The position numbers and the translations under genes were made by a program. A stretch of 64,000 bases of DNA, from the NCBI GenBank assembly GCA_032718475.1, contig JAUCBJ010006956.1, forward strand, positions 117,334-181,333, given 5' to 3'. How positions within the stretch are numbered: the stretch's first letter is position 1; the number at the start of each line of letters is the position of its first letter. The stretch is from Nemertoderma westbladi (lineage: Eukaryota; Animalia; Xenacoelomorpha). This document shows positions 37,423 to 49,098 of the stretch, piece after piece. The notes beneath the pieces are model-generated. The model saw only the letters and a list, made by a program, of their open reading frames with translations. It made no database searches and had not been told where the DNA came from.

Positions 37423-37989
37423 TGTAACAAATACTTTCTAACTTTATTACAAATAAATGATAACTAATATTGAATGTAACAAGAAGTTTACTATAACTAA
37501 GAAGTGAAGTTGAAGTGTACAATAAGGTGGTAACTAATGAACAAATCGCACCTTTTATAGCAAATTAGTGCTGTTAACAATCTAGATAAATCTCGATTGT
37601 TCTATGAGTTCTACTAGGTTTTTAAAGATAATCATTGGTCCAGCAAACACGTATCTTGCACGACATTGGTTGCTATCTAATAACTGCAATCTCATTGGTT
37701 AATCTACCTTAAGCAGATACAATTAAATCGTAGCGGTCAATTCAAATGAGTTGAAACTTAGCACAAAAAATAATTCGCACCTGCTAGGATTCGAACTCGA
37801 TACCTACTACACGATTTTCTAACGCATAACCGACTGAGCTACTGAACCACTTAAATAATGTTATACAAATGGATATAGTAAATGCAAATGAGGACTTAAT
37901 GTAATCTTTATAGCAAGTTAATTCGAACAAAATAAAATTTTGAAAATCCACGGCATTTATGAGAATATAATTCTATAACCTGTGTTACA
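37423..37989 (-). mobile_element. LTR (567 bp) of a second LTR-element family; probable leader remnant at ~36480-37422
   Basis: TGTAACA...TGTTACA inverted termini; minus-strand TATAAAAG (~37559) and AATAAAG (~37448). Flanks do not match, so it is not a clean solo LTR. Confidence 0.65.
37776..37848 (-). pseudogene. tRNA-like Pol III cassette inside the LTR U3
   Basis: Minus strand A-box TAGCTCAGTCGG, B-box GAGTTCGAATCC and TTTTTT just downstream. The acceptor stem does not pair. Confidence 0.7.
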
Positions 37990-38209
37990 TATTGTATATA
38001 GCCCGCCCTATTGTTATATCGACAGACAGCAGCAGTGAATAATAATTAAATAATTAAATCGGCTGCATCATTATTTGAGTATTAAAATATTATTTATTTC
38101 TATTTAATTAATGCTTTATCAAAAATTATGGAAAAATAGGATGTAAAATGACAAAATATAACCATTACAATGCTAGTTTGTACTATTGTATTTGGTGTAA
38201 TCCAACCAA

Positions 38210-39352
38210 TGTTCGCGCTTTCAGACCTTTAGCAGTTTAACCTGCCAATTTTAGGTGTCCTCTTGTTTATACATCGACTTTAGCCTATAACAATTATTAG
38301 TGCACATGAAGTAACATTAGCCGAAGCCAGCCTGTGCGCGATCATTCACCCACAGTTAAGGGAGACTGGATTCGGATGCTTTGAAGTGATTGCGGTGCAG
38401 ACCTACGGTATTATTCGATTGATAGTTACTATATAATCTCTGACAATATTATTCACTTTCGGGGAAATATTAACAGTTCCTTTAGGACGTGGCGCTTTAA
38501 GTATAAAACAGAGTTATGACTTATACTAAACACAACGAGATGGCTATTGATTTTCGTAAATGGCGCATTCTTTAGGAGATGCTTTATTTTCTGTCACACT
38601 GCTGCATACAACTTCACACTGCTGCACACTGATCTGCCGACCGTCACTGAATTTAATCATATATAAGGAGGATAGCAACTGACACATGTATGGATTATGA
38701 AATAGCATTTGACACACACTAAAACCACTGTAATGTAAGTCGCAATTGCTACCGGTAACCGGTCTCTCTAACCTTTGTTAATCAAGAAGATTGGGGTTTT
38801 ATGATTATTTATAGATATTCTCCAAATATAACACATATCCATCAACATGTAACAATTAATAACCGACAGTAAATAGCAGTAAAATAATGCGGTGAAATTG
38901 GTGCAGTTTGGATTGTTCAGTGCAGTGGTAATAGATTTACGCTTTTATAATCAAAGCCGTCTAATGTTGGCCAAAGTCTGAAACTTCCAACACAGAAGCA
39001 CAGAATCATTTCCAAGCAGTTGTTCTCGCTCAGAAAGGTAAACAAAGACCGTAATGCATTGAGCGACTTTCCGTAGACCTCTGTGTAAAATAAAATGAAA
39101 ATCGCTCTGATTGGTCGAGCGAGCCTGAACAAAGAAAGTTCCACATCGACAGCAAATCATCTGACAGATTTCGTCATCTGAATTACACTCTATTTAGAGT
39201 ATTTGGCATATTGCGGCATAAAATGGCTTGTTATGTCCACTAAAACACCTACAGGGTACATTGCGGAGAAAATGGCTTGTTATGTCCGCTAAAACAACTA
39301 AACAGTTCATTGCGGAGAAAAATGACTGGTTATATCCGCAAAAGCTTTTACA
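38210..39352 (-). repeat. 3' LTR of BEL copy 1
   Basis: Near-identical to 51719-52872 (about 15 substitutions and one indel patch by eye). Preceded in element sense by a short purine tract GGAGTGG. Confidence 0.96.
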
Positions 39353-39430
39353 CCACTCCATGAAAATGGGATTTAATTCTATAAAATATAAAAAATCACA
39401 GTTTCTAAAATATAAAAATACTCTAAACAG

Positions 39431-41300
39431 TTAGTCTTTCTTACGCGGACGGCGTTTATGCAGTTTTTTGAGGCTAGCAAGAGTCCTTTTCTCTTTGGTG
39501 CGAGCCACTTTACTAGGAGGGCTATAACTCCTGGGTGAAGGGTGCAATACAATTGCATCGGAAGGTTTAGGATTACGGTCAGTGTATCCGCCGGTCGAGG
39601 TACCCGGTTGATCGATATCAACCTCAGTGGAGCGAGGTCGAACAACCTTCAGAGCGCGTTTCAGTACAGCAGCTCTTACTGGTCCCTGACGAGTCGTTTG
39701 CACGAGAGCGGTGGGTAGACCGTGAGTAGTAAGAAATTTCCTCGGTTTGATAGTTCTTTCAAACTCGCGTTCTCGGGCTCTATATTCATAGGGTCTTCTA
39801 TGAACTTCCTGTAGTTCTGGATGCGAGTTGATGAACAAATCGCCATATTCCGGATCTTGACGAATGAAGTTGATCAAGTTATAGGAATCGAGATCATTGG
39901 TATTAATGTTCCTGAGATATTTATGAACAAATTTGGTTGAAATACTCTGACCAACACGCTTCATTAGTTCGTAACTCGGTATGCGAGATTTTTGTTCAAC
40001 AGACGCGAATAGATAAGGGTGGAACGCATAAACTCCTTCGTAGGCGCGTCCAGGGTAATAGCGATGACGTGACTCACAATGTAAATCCGCGTTCGCTTCC
40101 CAGGCTCGGACGTAGCGCAGGGTAATCATTTCATCTACGCTTTCCAGATCGCGGTTGAAAGGGCAATCAAAACTTGCATCTCCTTTAAACTGACAATGAT
40201 GGCATTGAGTCATAAATTGGGGGCAGACTGAGAAAATGTGCAAGTTATTGAGTCTACAATACGCACAATACGCAATACGGGGTGAAATGGTCTCGAGATG
40301 CGCATAATCAGCAACGTTTCCTAGAGACATAATTGGCATGCCGATAATCGTACGCTGTGAGACATTGAGGACCCTGATACCATTCCAGTACGTAGTGGTC
40401 GTCACTACTCCGGGATGTCGTGGGCTGAATCTCCTCGGATTCTAAGCATATTGGTTCGTCTTCCAATTGCATAGCTGAGGTAGGTGTAGCTGTCTCCTCA
40501 AGTGAACCCAGTGTCTGAACTTCCACGATAGAATAACCCGTGGGGATTCGAGGTCTTTGTATAACAGAGGAATGTAAGTTCTGTATACAAACGTCCTTGA
40601 AAATGGCGAATCCAGCGCTATCTAACTTCTCAGCAGCTGAGTTTCTTAGGCTGAGCTTGGTCAGAGCGCGGTCCTTGAACTGACTATCAACATTACGGAA
40701 CGGAGTCAGAAAGCGCCTGAAGCATTCGAAACGGATGAATTTATTGTGTTCATCTAGCTTGGCGAGTTTGGTTCCAAGTATTAAGGGATGGGCGCGTATA
40801 GTACGACTGCACACATCGTCTAGCCAACCGGCAAGTGCGGCGTTTTCGAAGATAGTGTATATAGCTAATGAGGGACGAAGCAGAACACTCATGAAGCTAT
40901 ACACGACGTCAGGTGCGGTTAATGGTCCGTCAAAATATAATCAAGAATAATGATCTCCATATATTTGTTGATAGGTGATAGGGTTTCCGACTTTGAAATT
41001 CCATCCGTATTCTTGAAAGGCAAGATGTCCGATGGAGGTTCGTTATACTTTGTTGATGCCGCTAGGTGTATTGGCATACGTAGTTCGGAAGAAACCTCGG
41101 CCTTCTGCCCAGGGAGCAATCAGCTGAGTATCTACGAAAGGATATGGAATGTTCTCCATGTTCCTGTTGTATTCCTAATATGTTTTCCGCCATTGATGGT
41201 AGAGAGCAGGGGAAGACCTATGTCGCATTCCGAAATATTCAGAAATACGATCTCAGTAGGAGGATGCAACATTCGAAGACTATCTTCAAAAGAATTTATC
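39431..41300 (-). pseudogene. Extra ORF downstream of pol, decayed, with tandem zinc knuckles and a basic tail
   Basis: ORF pieces 40308-40904 and 39431-40405 are linked by a frameshift, and the frame continues upstream through isolated stops. Contains CAYC-x5-H-x4-C then CHHC-x3-GD-x4-C. Confidence 0.7.
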
Positions 41301-41986
41301 CCCGATCATTAAGGGAGGTGAACAACCAGATTTATGACACATAATGGTACCAGTTGTTCACAGACTATCCACGTGTCCTTTCAGTCGTTGTATCATGGTC
41401 GTGGACTTAAGGAAATTATTGGTGGTTGATTATATAATCAACAACAAGAGGGATAGAAGTTGATATTATAAATACCAACACAATGGTACAGGGACAGGAG
41501 GTGCAGACACCAATATAAGCATCCAGATCAATAGTAAGGGAAGGGGAGGTTTATTAGGAGGCAGTACGATTCATACCACGATAACACTAGGATTGGTCGA
41601 TTGTCTCCCAAAGCTCCGAGTGCGTTAGGAAGAGAAGATGGGACGAAGATGGTTTTTCCATCAACGTATTGTATCTTCGATAGCGATGTATAGAGGGAGA
41701 ATAGTAGTAAGGAGGAGGAAGGATATGTGGTAGTATCTATAAGATACCACGATGGACATGTTTTCCCGTTACGTCATTACTCATTCTTACTCTTTGATTG
41801 TGACACTGATCACAATATTTGCAGGAAGAGGATGAAGTAAGAGGAAATTACAGCCTCCCGAAGGAGACCGCCCGCGAGCACCCGCACCCTGGGGAAAACT
41901 ATTCACATTATGGACCCTGGACATTAACGTATGATTTTCTCCAGTGGGTTCTCCTCTACTTGCCCTTTTAAACTTTCCTCCACATT

Positions 41987-42364
41987 CTATCTTTCGAGGC
42001 GGTTTCGAATAGAATTCTCGTGTTCAATTCTCGGTTTATCGTTCCGACTCCGCTGGGTATGATATTTAAAGAGAACCATTTTCCTTTCGGTGTCTACATC
42101 GTCCGTATAGTGTAAATCGATAGGATGGCCAGTAGCTAAGAAGTCCATATACGTACCATTACGATGCGTATAGCAAGCGGTGAATTTTCTATAGTCCAAA
42201 TCATGCGTGAATTGTTCCTTGGACATTGGCGGTTCGATATAATGGCCATCATCCTCCGTAGTAGAGGAACTAGCGTCACCGCGTATTAAACTATCAACAA
42301 ACGCTTGCAATGGTAGGGTATATCGCTCCCTGATACCAAGATCATCTTCTATCAATTCAGTCAC
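41987..42364 (-). CDS. Unknown ORF in the BEL 3' region (possibly the N-terminal part of the extra ORF)
   Basis: 125-codon protein-like ORF in element sense; no motif recognised. Confidence 0.4.
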   Translation of the reverse strand: MTELIEDDLGIRERYTLPLQAFVDSLIRGDASSSTTEDDGHYIEPPMSKEQFTHDLDYRKFTACYTHRNGTYMDFLATGHPIDLHYTDDVDTERKMVLFKYHTQRSRNDKPRIEHENSIRNRLER

Positions 42365-44683
42365 AGCTGCTATATGAGTTTATCAATATTATAATTAATT
42401 ATAATTAGGCTAGCGGGCGTCGCTGCCTACCCCTCACGGCCCCCGGACAGTGCAAGATCCTCAGCGCCGATATACTGTTGTCGCGGTGTTTATCGCCAAC
42501 GTAGTAGCTACACAACGACAACAATAACCAGCGCGAGTCACTCCACCGTCCGTCCCAAGGGCTTAGATTGACTTCAGGTTCTCACTGCAGAGTTAGGGCT
42601 ACTTTCACAACTGCAACTAGCTACTGTAAACACACTTTAGTAGCAACATTCACCTATAAACGCACAAACTCCACACAACTGTCACAAAGTGTGCACATTC
42701 GGGCCATTTGTCCGTTAGTCAAGTGCCTTCCAGAATGCCACGTTATTATTATGTATCCTTGGATACTAGCAGTGCGCTATTTATTCCGTATGCTATTCAA
42801 TGGGGCAAGCTTTCTATTGTTCTTTTAACTCACTTCTAATTCTAGCGTGGTTGTTGCTATGGTGACATTATGGAAAGCTAGCAGTAGAATTAGGGTAATT
42901 CTCATGCATACAGATCTGGGATGCTATTTAATAGTAATTCTTTAATTGTCAATATTCCCCTTTATACATGATTTTATGAATTTTATCGGCTATTGACTAT
43001 ATATTGGAGATTCTCGCACACTAATATATTTAATAGGGTGAATCTCCACTCCCATGATCTATTAATTAATGGAATTTTGGGAATGTTATAAATTGTATAA
43101 AATAACAATTTATCAAATTCATGAAAGGATATGAATTTAAATTTATTCCCGTAAATTTTATTATTTAATATTAAATAGGCACAATTTTATTCCAGAGCAG
43201 GTCTGGGGACTAGGATCCTTGATTCTAGGAAATTTGTCCTTTTAAGAGTATCGGTAAGTGTTACGATATCTTAATCGACTAGAATTTTTAAAGGATCTAA
43301 ATTTTAACAGATCTTGATTTATAGATTTTCTCGGTTTACAAAATCCTTAGTCTCCGGAAACATGTAGTACAGACAGATCTATCACTGGTTTAAATAACTT
43401 CGATTTACTCGTCCGGGTTTTAGGTTTGACTTTCTCCGCTCCCTTGGCTTGTCTAATCTCAGCTGTGGTGAGATGAGGATGAGGATGGCTGTAGCGTATA
43501 GAGCCGCCTTTAACTCCGCTCGAGGAACTCATAGCTTGTTGTTTATCAAGGCCTTAGAGGTAACCAAGGCGACTTTAATTCCATCCGGAGTTTCAACTCT
43601 CAGGTAGGCTACTATACCTATTCCCATATCGCTGGCGTCTCCAAACACATGGAGTTGATAGGAATACATGGGGAGAACATGACCAAAATATGAACGGGAA
43701 ATCGTAAAGTTCTCGATGGATGGTAGAGAATCTTCCCATTTCATCCACTTCTTTAGTAGTTCTCCCTTAAGTGGATCGTCCCACGAGTGGTTTTCAAGCC
43801 ACATTTGTTGGACTAAACTCCGAGCAACCAATATAACTGGGCTAATAAATCCCAATGGATCGAAATAAGTGCTCAGGATACTTAGACAAATCCGTTTAGT
43901 TCGAACTGGATTATCTCGCTGTTTTAGATGGAAAAACAGGATATCTCTCTCCGTGTCCCATTTCAAGCCAAGCGTTTTAGTTTCTGGAAGATCGTCCTTG
44001 ATTAGGTCTAGGTCTTTAACTCCTCGGTCTTCTACCGGGATCGATTCCAGAAACTCACGGGAGTTACTAGTGAATTTGGTTAGTCTAAATCCACCACGTT
44101 TCAAACACTCTACCGTTCCCTTGGCAACATCAATGGCTTCTTCCACCGATGGGAGGGACTTTAAATTATCGTCCATATATATATCCCGTTTGATGTTGTC
44201 GATAACCGTTTTAGAGAAGGCGTCTCGGTTGTCATCAGCAGTGGTGCGCACTACTGAACAGGCGTTCGAGGGGCTCGAGATGATTCCGAAAGCCTGGATG
44301 GTCATCCAGTACTCCACAGGTTTTTGGCTGAGGTCTCCTTCAGGCCACCACAGAAATCGTAGGCTGTCTCGATCCCTATCCAGCGCCTTAACTTGTAAGA
44401 ACATGCCTGCTATATCTGAGGCGAAGGCGATCGAATATTGCCGTAATCTTAAGAGTATTCCCAACAAGGATTGGAGTAAGTTGGGTCCCAGCAACAACTC
44501 CGAGTTAAGGGATTGGCCCATGTAAAGGGCGGAGCCGTAAAATACTACCCGAACTTCGTTGGGTTTACTGGGTTTGTGAATGTAATGATGGGTTAAATAA
44601 TACGTTCTCTCAGTTATGGGTGTTTCTTCCGGTACTCGCCCCGCATATCCCTTATCGATGAATTTCTTCAGCTGTGTCTTGTA

Positions 44684-44788
44684 TTTTTATTTATTTATTG
44701 ACTAAATGGGGTAAATAATAATATTGAAAGTACGCCACAGGAAAGCCATTAAGTCCAGCAAAAAAAATATACAGTAGTACTACAGTAT
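44684..44788 (-). mobile_element. 105-bp 5'-truncated non-LTR insertion in pol
   Basis: Absent from copy 2 (MYKMQLKK intact at ~62875). (TAAA)n tail on the minus strand, flanked by a TTGTA duplication. Confidence 0.75.
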
Positions 44789-47700
44789 TTGTACATCTCT
44801 TTAGCTGAAGCATTTGCCGTAAGGCGTCGATGTAGTTGCGCAATTCTTTTCTCCGCCAAGGGTCGGTTATTTATAAAATTAGGTTCTCGCTTTCGGAATG
44901 GCAGACCAATTTCATACCTCCCTTGATCTCTAAGGAAACGGGTAGTCGTTGCCTGGATCTGCTTGGCTCTTTCCTCCTCGACTGATAGTGCTTTGTCGTA
45001 GGAATTAGGCTCCACAGCTTCTTGAGTAAAGAATCGTACGGCGTGTTTGTCGCGAATCTTAGCGTTATGTCGATCTATCACTTCATTTAGCTCATCTTCA
45101 TAGTTGAGTTGTCCGCCATGATGGACGAGATTGCAAAGGTGCACTTGGTTTCTCCAAGCTTCACTTTCAGTGAGGAGGTCTATCGTATTTTCCTCGTCAA
45201 ATAGTTGGGTAATATCGTCGTTATCTGAGGAGTATGGTGTTCCCTCAGGTGTGATTTCTCCCTCACTGATTTCTTCTTCCCATTCACTCACCTGGTGCAC
45301 TTGTTCAGTGGGTAATCTTTCCATGAGCTTTCTATGGGAAGGTCCAGTGAAGTACCAACCTACTCTAGTTCTTCCCGCATAGGTTTGCAATGGTTGCGGT
45401 CGATCAGGTCGTTTCTCTAATGTCTCAAGCGCCTCATGCGCATTTTGGCCGATTAAAATTTGCACCCCTGGGTAGTCGGTGTTGAATCTAGGGATATTAT
45501 GTTGCTGGGTAAAATCGTCTTCATCCCAGTTGTAAGGTTCTACTTGGCTGGTAGCAAAGTTCTTTATCGCCACCATTTTTACTGACCTTATACTGTGTTC
45601 TCCTAGTTCGTCTTGGGGAGTCGACAACGCGCCTATATAGTAGTCCGTAGCTACTGTAGATTTCCAAACCTGCATAATTCCTGAAAGGTTCAACTTAGTT
45701 CGGAACTTAGGTTGTCCTGCAAAGATTCTTCGGCTAGTTCTTTATCGATGAACGTTCCTGTGCTGCCGGAGTCCAAGAGTGCGTTGACTATAAAACTCTT
45801 ACTCAATCCATGGACTCTTAGCTGAACTACGGGGAATTCCCGGATTCCGACGTTGGAAGTTGGTGCTTTCCAGGATGGTTGTCGGTCAGGAATAACCGGG
45901 TGCGCTTCGTTATCGGTTTCGGTCTCATACGTAAGCGCTCGATACACCGCGGTTTTTATCAGATAACAGGATTCGTTTTCGTCGGAGAATTCGTCCGTGT
46001 AAAATCCTTCCATCTCAGAACTTTGGTCAGTGTCGTTCACATCACTGAATTGGACATGTAGTTCGGACTCACTTACCTGACTCGGGCTGTTTCTTTCGAA
46101 TTCGGTGTGCAACAAGATATGATGTTTCGCGCCGCACTTAGCACACCTTGCATCAGAGTAACAGGTTCGCCGTTGGTGTCCTTGTCTGAGACAATTATAA
46201 CACAACCGCTTATCCCACATGACATCACGTCTATCTTTTAGGGATTTCTTTAAGAATTCATCACACACACTTAAACGGTGGGGCCTGTCGCACAATGCAC
46301 ATTTTGGTTTGATGTTACTTACTTTACCTTGGGTAATGTTGTGCACACTCGTTCTTTCCTCGGGCTTTCTTCCATGAATTCTCTTAGGAGACGTAGGAGG
46401 AGTTTTTGTTACCTGTTCTCTCCTGTCACTGGTTCGAGACTTAAATTTACTTACGTCTTTAGGTGCTTTGTTGACATAGTAAGATCTTTCGGTGTCTTTC
46501 CCGTTGTTCTCCTCTTGAGAGGTCTGGCTTTCGCCGTCGTCTGTATAACACACTGGTGTTACCTTTCTCCTAGAAACGGGTTTTTCACTTACCTTATTTT
46601 CTGGTGTCTTCTCTCTGGACTGCTTTAGGAGCTGTAATTTTACCTCTCCATCTAAGAATGACATGAGATCAGCCATGGTAGGGTCTCTTCGTTGTTGTTC
46701 CATCATATATAGAACTCTTTTGTCCCAACGAGTACCTACTCCACCCTTTGGCAGGTAGATGCTACAGCTCCAATAACCATAGAACTCTGATACTGATACT
46801 CATGAGACTTACCTAGCCAATCTAATTGTCTACAAATCTCCTGGATCTCATCGGAAAACTCTATAATCCCGCTGCTAAGAAACTTTCGTGGCGCTACCAA
46901 TTTCGCATACAAATACCTAGCTATGTTATTCCTATTACCATACCTGATGTTTAGTGTATCCCAAACTTGTCTTAATCCATCTGGATGTCCAATAAACTTT
47001 AACGCCATTAACTTGGGAGGTCCTTCCAAGCACTCGATGAGGAATCTAAGCTTCTCTCCGTTAGATAGCACAGAGTTCTGTATGTTATCTTTATAATATT
47101 CATTAAAAGGTAACCATTTCATCTCATCTCCGTTGAACTTGACGATCTCTCCCACCTTTACCGCTTGACGGGCTTCGGTTCTAGCCATTTGACGCGTAAA
47201 ACTTTCTTGGGACATCGTATTATTTAATATCGAGTTATCGGTATATAAATTTCTCGGATTAGGATCAGGTCTATATGGAATATCATTATCAACAGGTTTA
47301 TCGTTACCCTTAATAGGGTTTACTATAGGAGTTTCTACTTCACTAGCAGTATACATGCGTGTAGGCTCCACACCTCGCGCATGAAATACTTCAGACCTAA
47401 CAGGTTGACACATTGTTACAGGGGGTTATACAAAGGGGTTATACCCCTTTGTATATTTACTAATTTATCGCGTTCTAGCGCGATACTCTGCTGCACTTCT
47501 TGCAGTTCTAACCTACCCTCTCTTACTGTTCCCTTTAACTGCTGCACAGTCCCTTCCATTTCTCGGACGTGCTGGGAGGAACGGATGCGCTGTTCCTCCA
47601 ATTGTCCGAGCAGGAGATCCATCCCCCGCCGTCCCTCATCCACCCACTCGACCGCCGAAGCGGGAGCCACCAACATAGTAGCGGGTAGACGAGGGACGAC

Positions 47701-48814
47701 GGGCGATAAATCGTTGATGTATCGCTCGGCGTCCAAGACTGGGACTGTTTCTGCGGCTATTCTATTGGGCACAGGTAATTTAGTACTGTGCAAAGGGAAT
47801 TTAGAGGTAGGTTCTGGAAGTACAGGTGTCTCCATCACCGAAGGGGTGGCTTCGAGAACAGACTTTCTGGCTCATCTACTATAGTAGGGAGTCTTTCTAC
47901 TCTAATAATTTGGTCTGTGGGTTCTGTACTACCTAAGTCTGCGCTAGCTAGTTGCCTTTTCACAGCTGGGGGCAAATTAGGCAATTTCTGATGGTGAGGC
48001 GTTCTTCTACGTCTGAGTAACGAGATCCATTTCTTCCACCTTCAGGATCTGTTGTATCGCCTTCATCAGATGATGTAAATCCCTGTCTCTTGGGAGTAGA
48101 TAGACTTATCATCTGCATATCACTAGCTGTTATCTGTTTATTTAAGTAGTCTTGCTTCTCTTGAAGATTTTCCAACTCTAGTTGGGTTGCCTCTTCAGAT
48201 GCCCTCCGTTTTGTTTCTGCCACCGCCATTGCCGCTTTGCTTTCCACTTCTGCAGCTTTTCTTTCTGCTTCTGCAGCTTTTCTTTCCGCTTCTGCAGCTG
48301 CGGCTGCCGCCTTTCTTTCAGCCTCTATCACTGCCGCTGCCGCTTCCTGTCTGTCTTCTATCTGTTTTTTCTTTAGTTGTTCTTCTTGGACCCTAACGAT
48401 GCGGATTCTTTCATCAAATTTAGCTTGATTCGCTGCTAAACTTTCCGCATCTAACGAGTCTAGCACAAATTTGGCTCCCTCACTATTAGGGTGAAGTCCA
48501 GCTAGCCGTCTCCTTAACTCTTTGTCACCTATAAATCGTTGATAGTCTGACAGATAGATATCAATGGCGTCCTTCTTCTGAGGTTTCTCCGATGTCGCTT
48601 CGCTTTCCACCTGAGAAAACGTAGCGTCTGTTGATTCTCCGTGGGTCGAGCGTTCAGTTAGCTGAATTTTCCATTGGGTCGTCCCTTGGACTTTAAGACT
48701 CACCCATTGGAACCAAGTCTTTACAGCAACTTGCAACGACGTGTCCTGGCTTCTCTTCGAGGCTTCCTCAAAGGCCGATAGTATTAGTCGGATTCTTAGG
48801 ATACGTTTTTTTTT

Positions 48815-49098
48815 AGGTTCCACCTTGGTGTAGTGGTTGCATTGAATTCACATCTCCTGTAGGTTGTGGGTTCGATCCTCACATGGGCCAGGGCAGTTTT
48901 CGTTTCGGCACGAATGCTTTAAAGGGACCAGCCAGGGCGCATCTCTGCCTTGCATCCTTAAGTGGTAGCTAAATGAGTACTAGAGTTTCCTCTGGGGAGT
49001 AAAGTTCTGGGGGGACCGCACTGGAAATAAGTCGGCAGACTTTGTGCGTAATCCCTGGCCTAGTGGCCGAAGAAAATTTACTTTACTTTACTTTACTT
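48815..49098 (+). mobile_element. Full-length tRNA-derived SINE inserted in BEL gag
   Basis: A-box TGGTGTAGTGG, B-box GGTTCGATCC, central GCCTTGCATCCTT...TAAATGAGTAC domain and a (TTTAC)4 tail. Copy 2 reads YQVREWILRIR uninterrupted. Confidence 0.9.

Noticed and set aside
23595-37848. Functional tRNA genes at 23595, 34883 and 37776
   Set aside because: A/B boxes are present but the cloverleaf stems are broken, and all lie within repeats.
38917-39160. Duplicated small ORF (also at 52437-52664)
   Set aside because: It lies within the LTRs, has a non-ATG start and is not preserved in the other LTR subfamilies.
43869-44525. 218-aa plus-strand ORF and similar antisense ORFs
   Set aside because: Shadow frames opposite the BEL RT and gag coding sequence.
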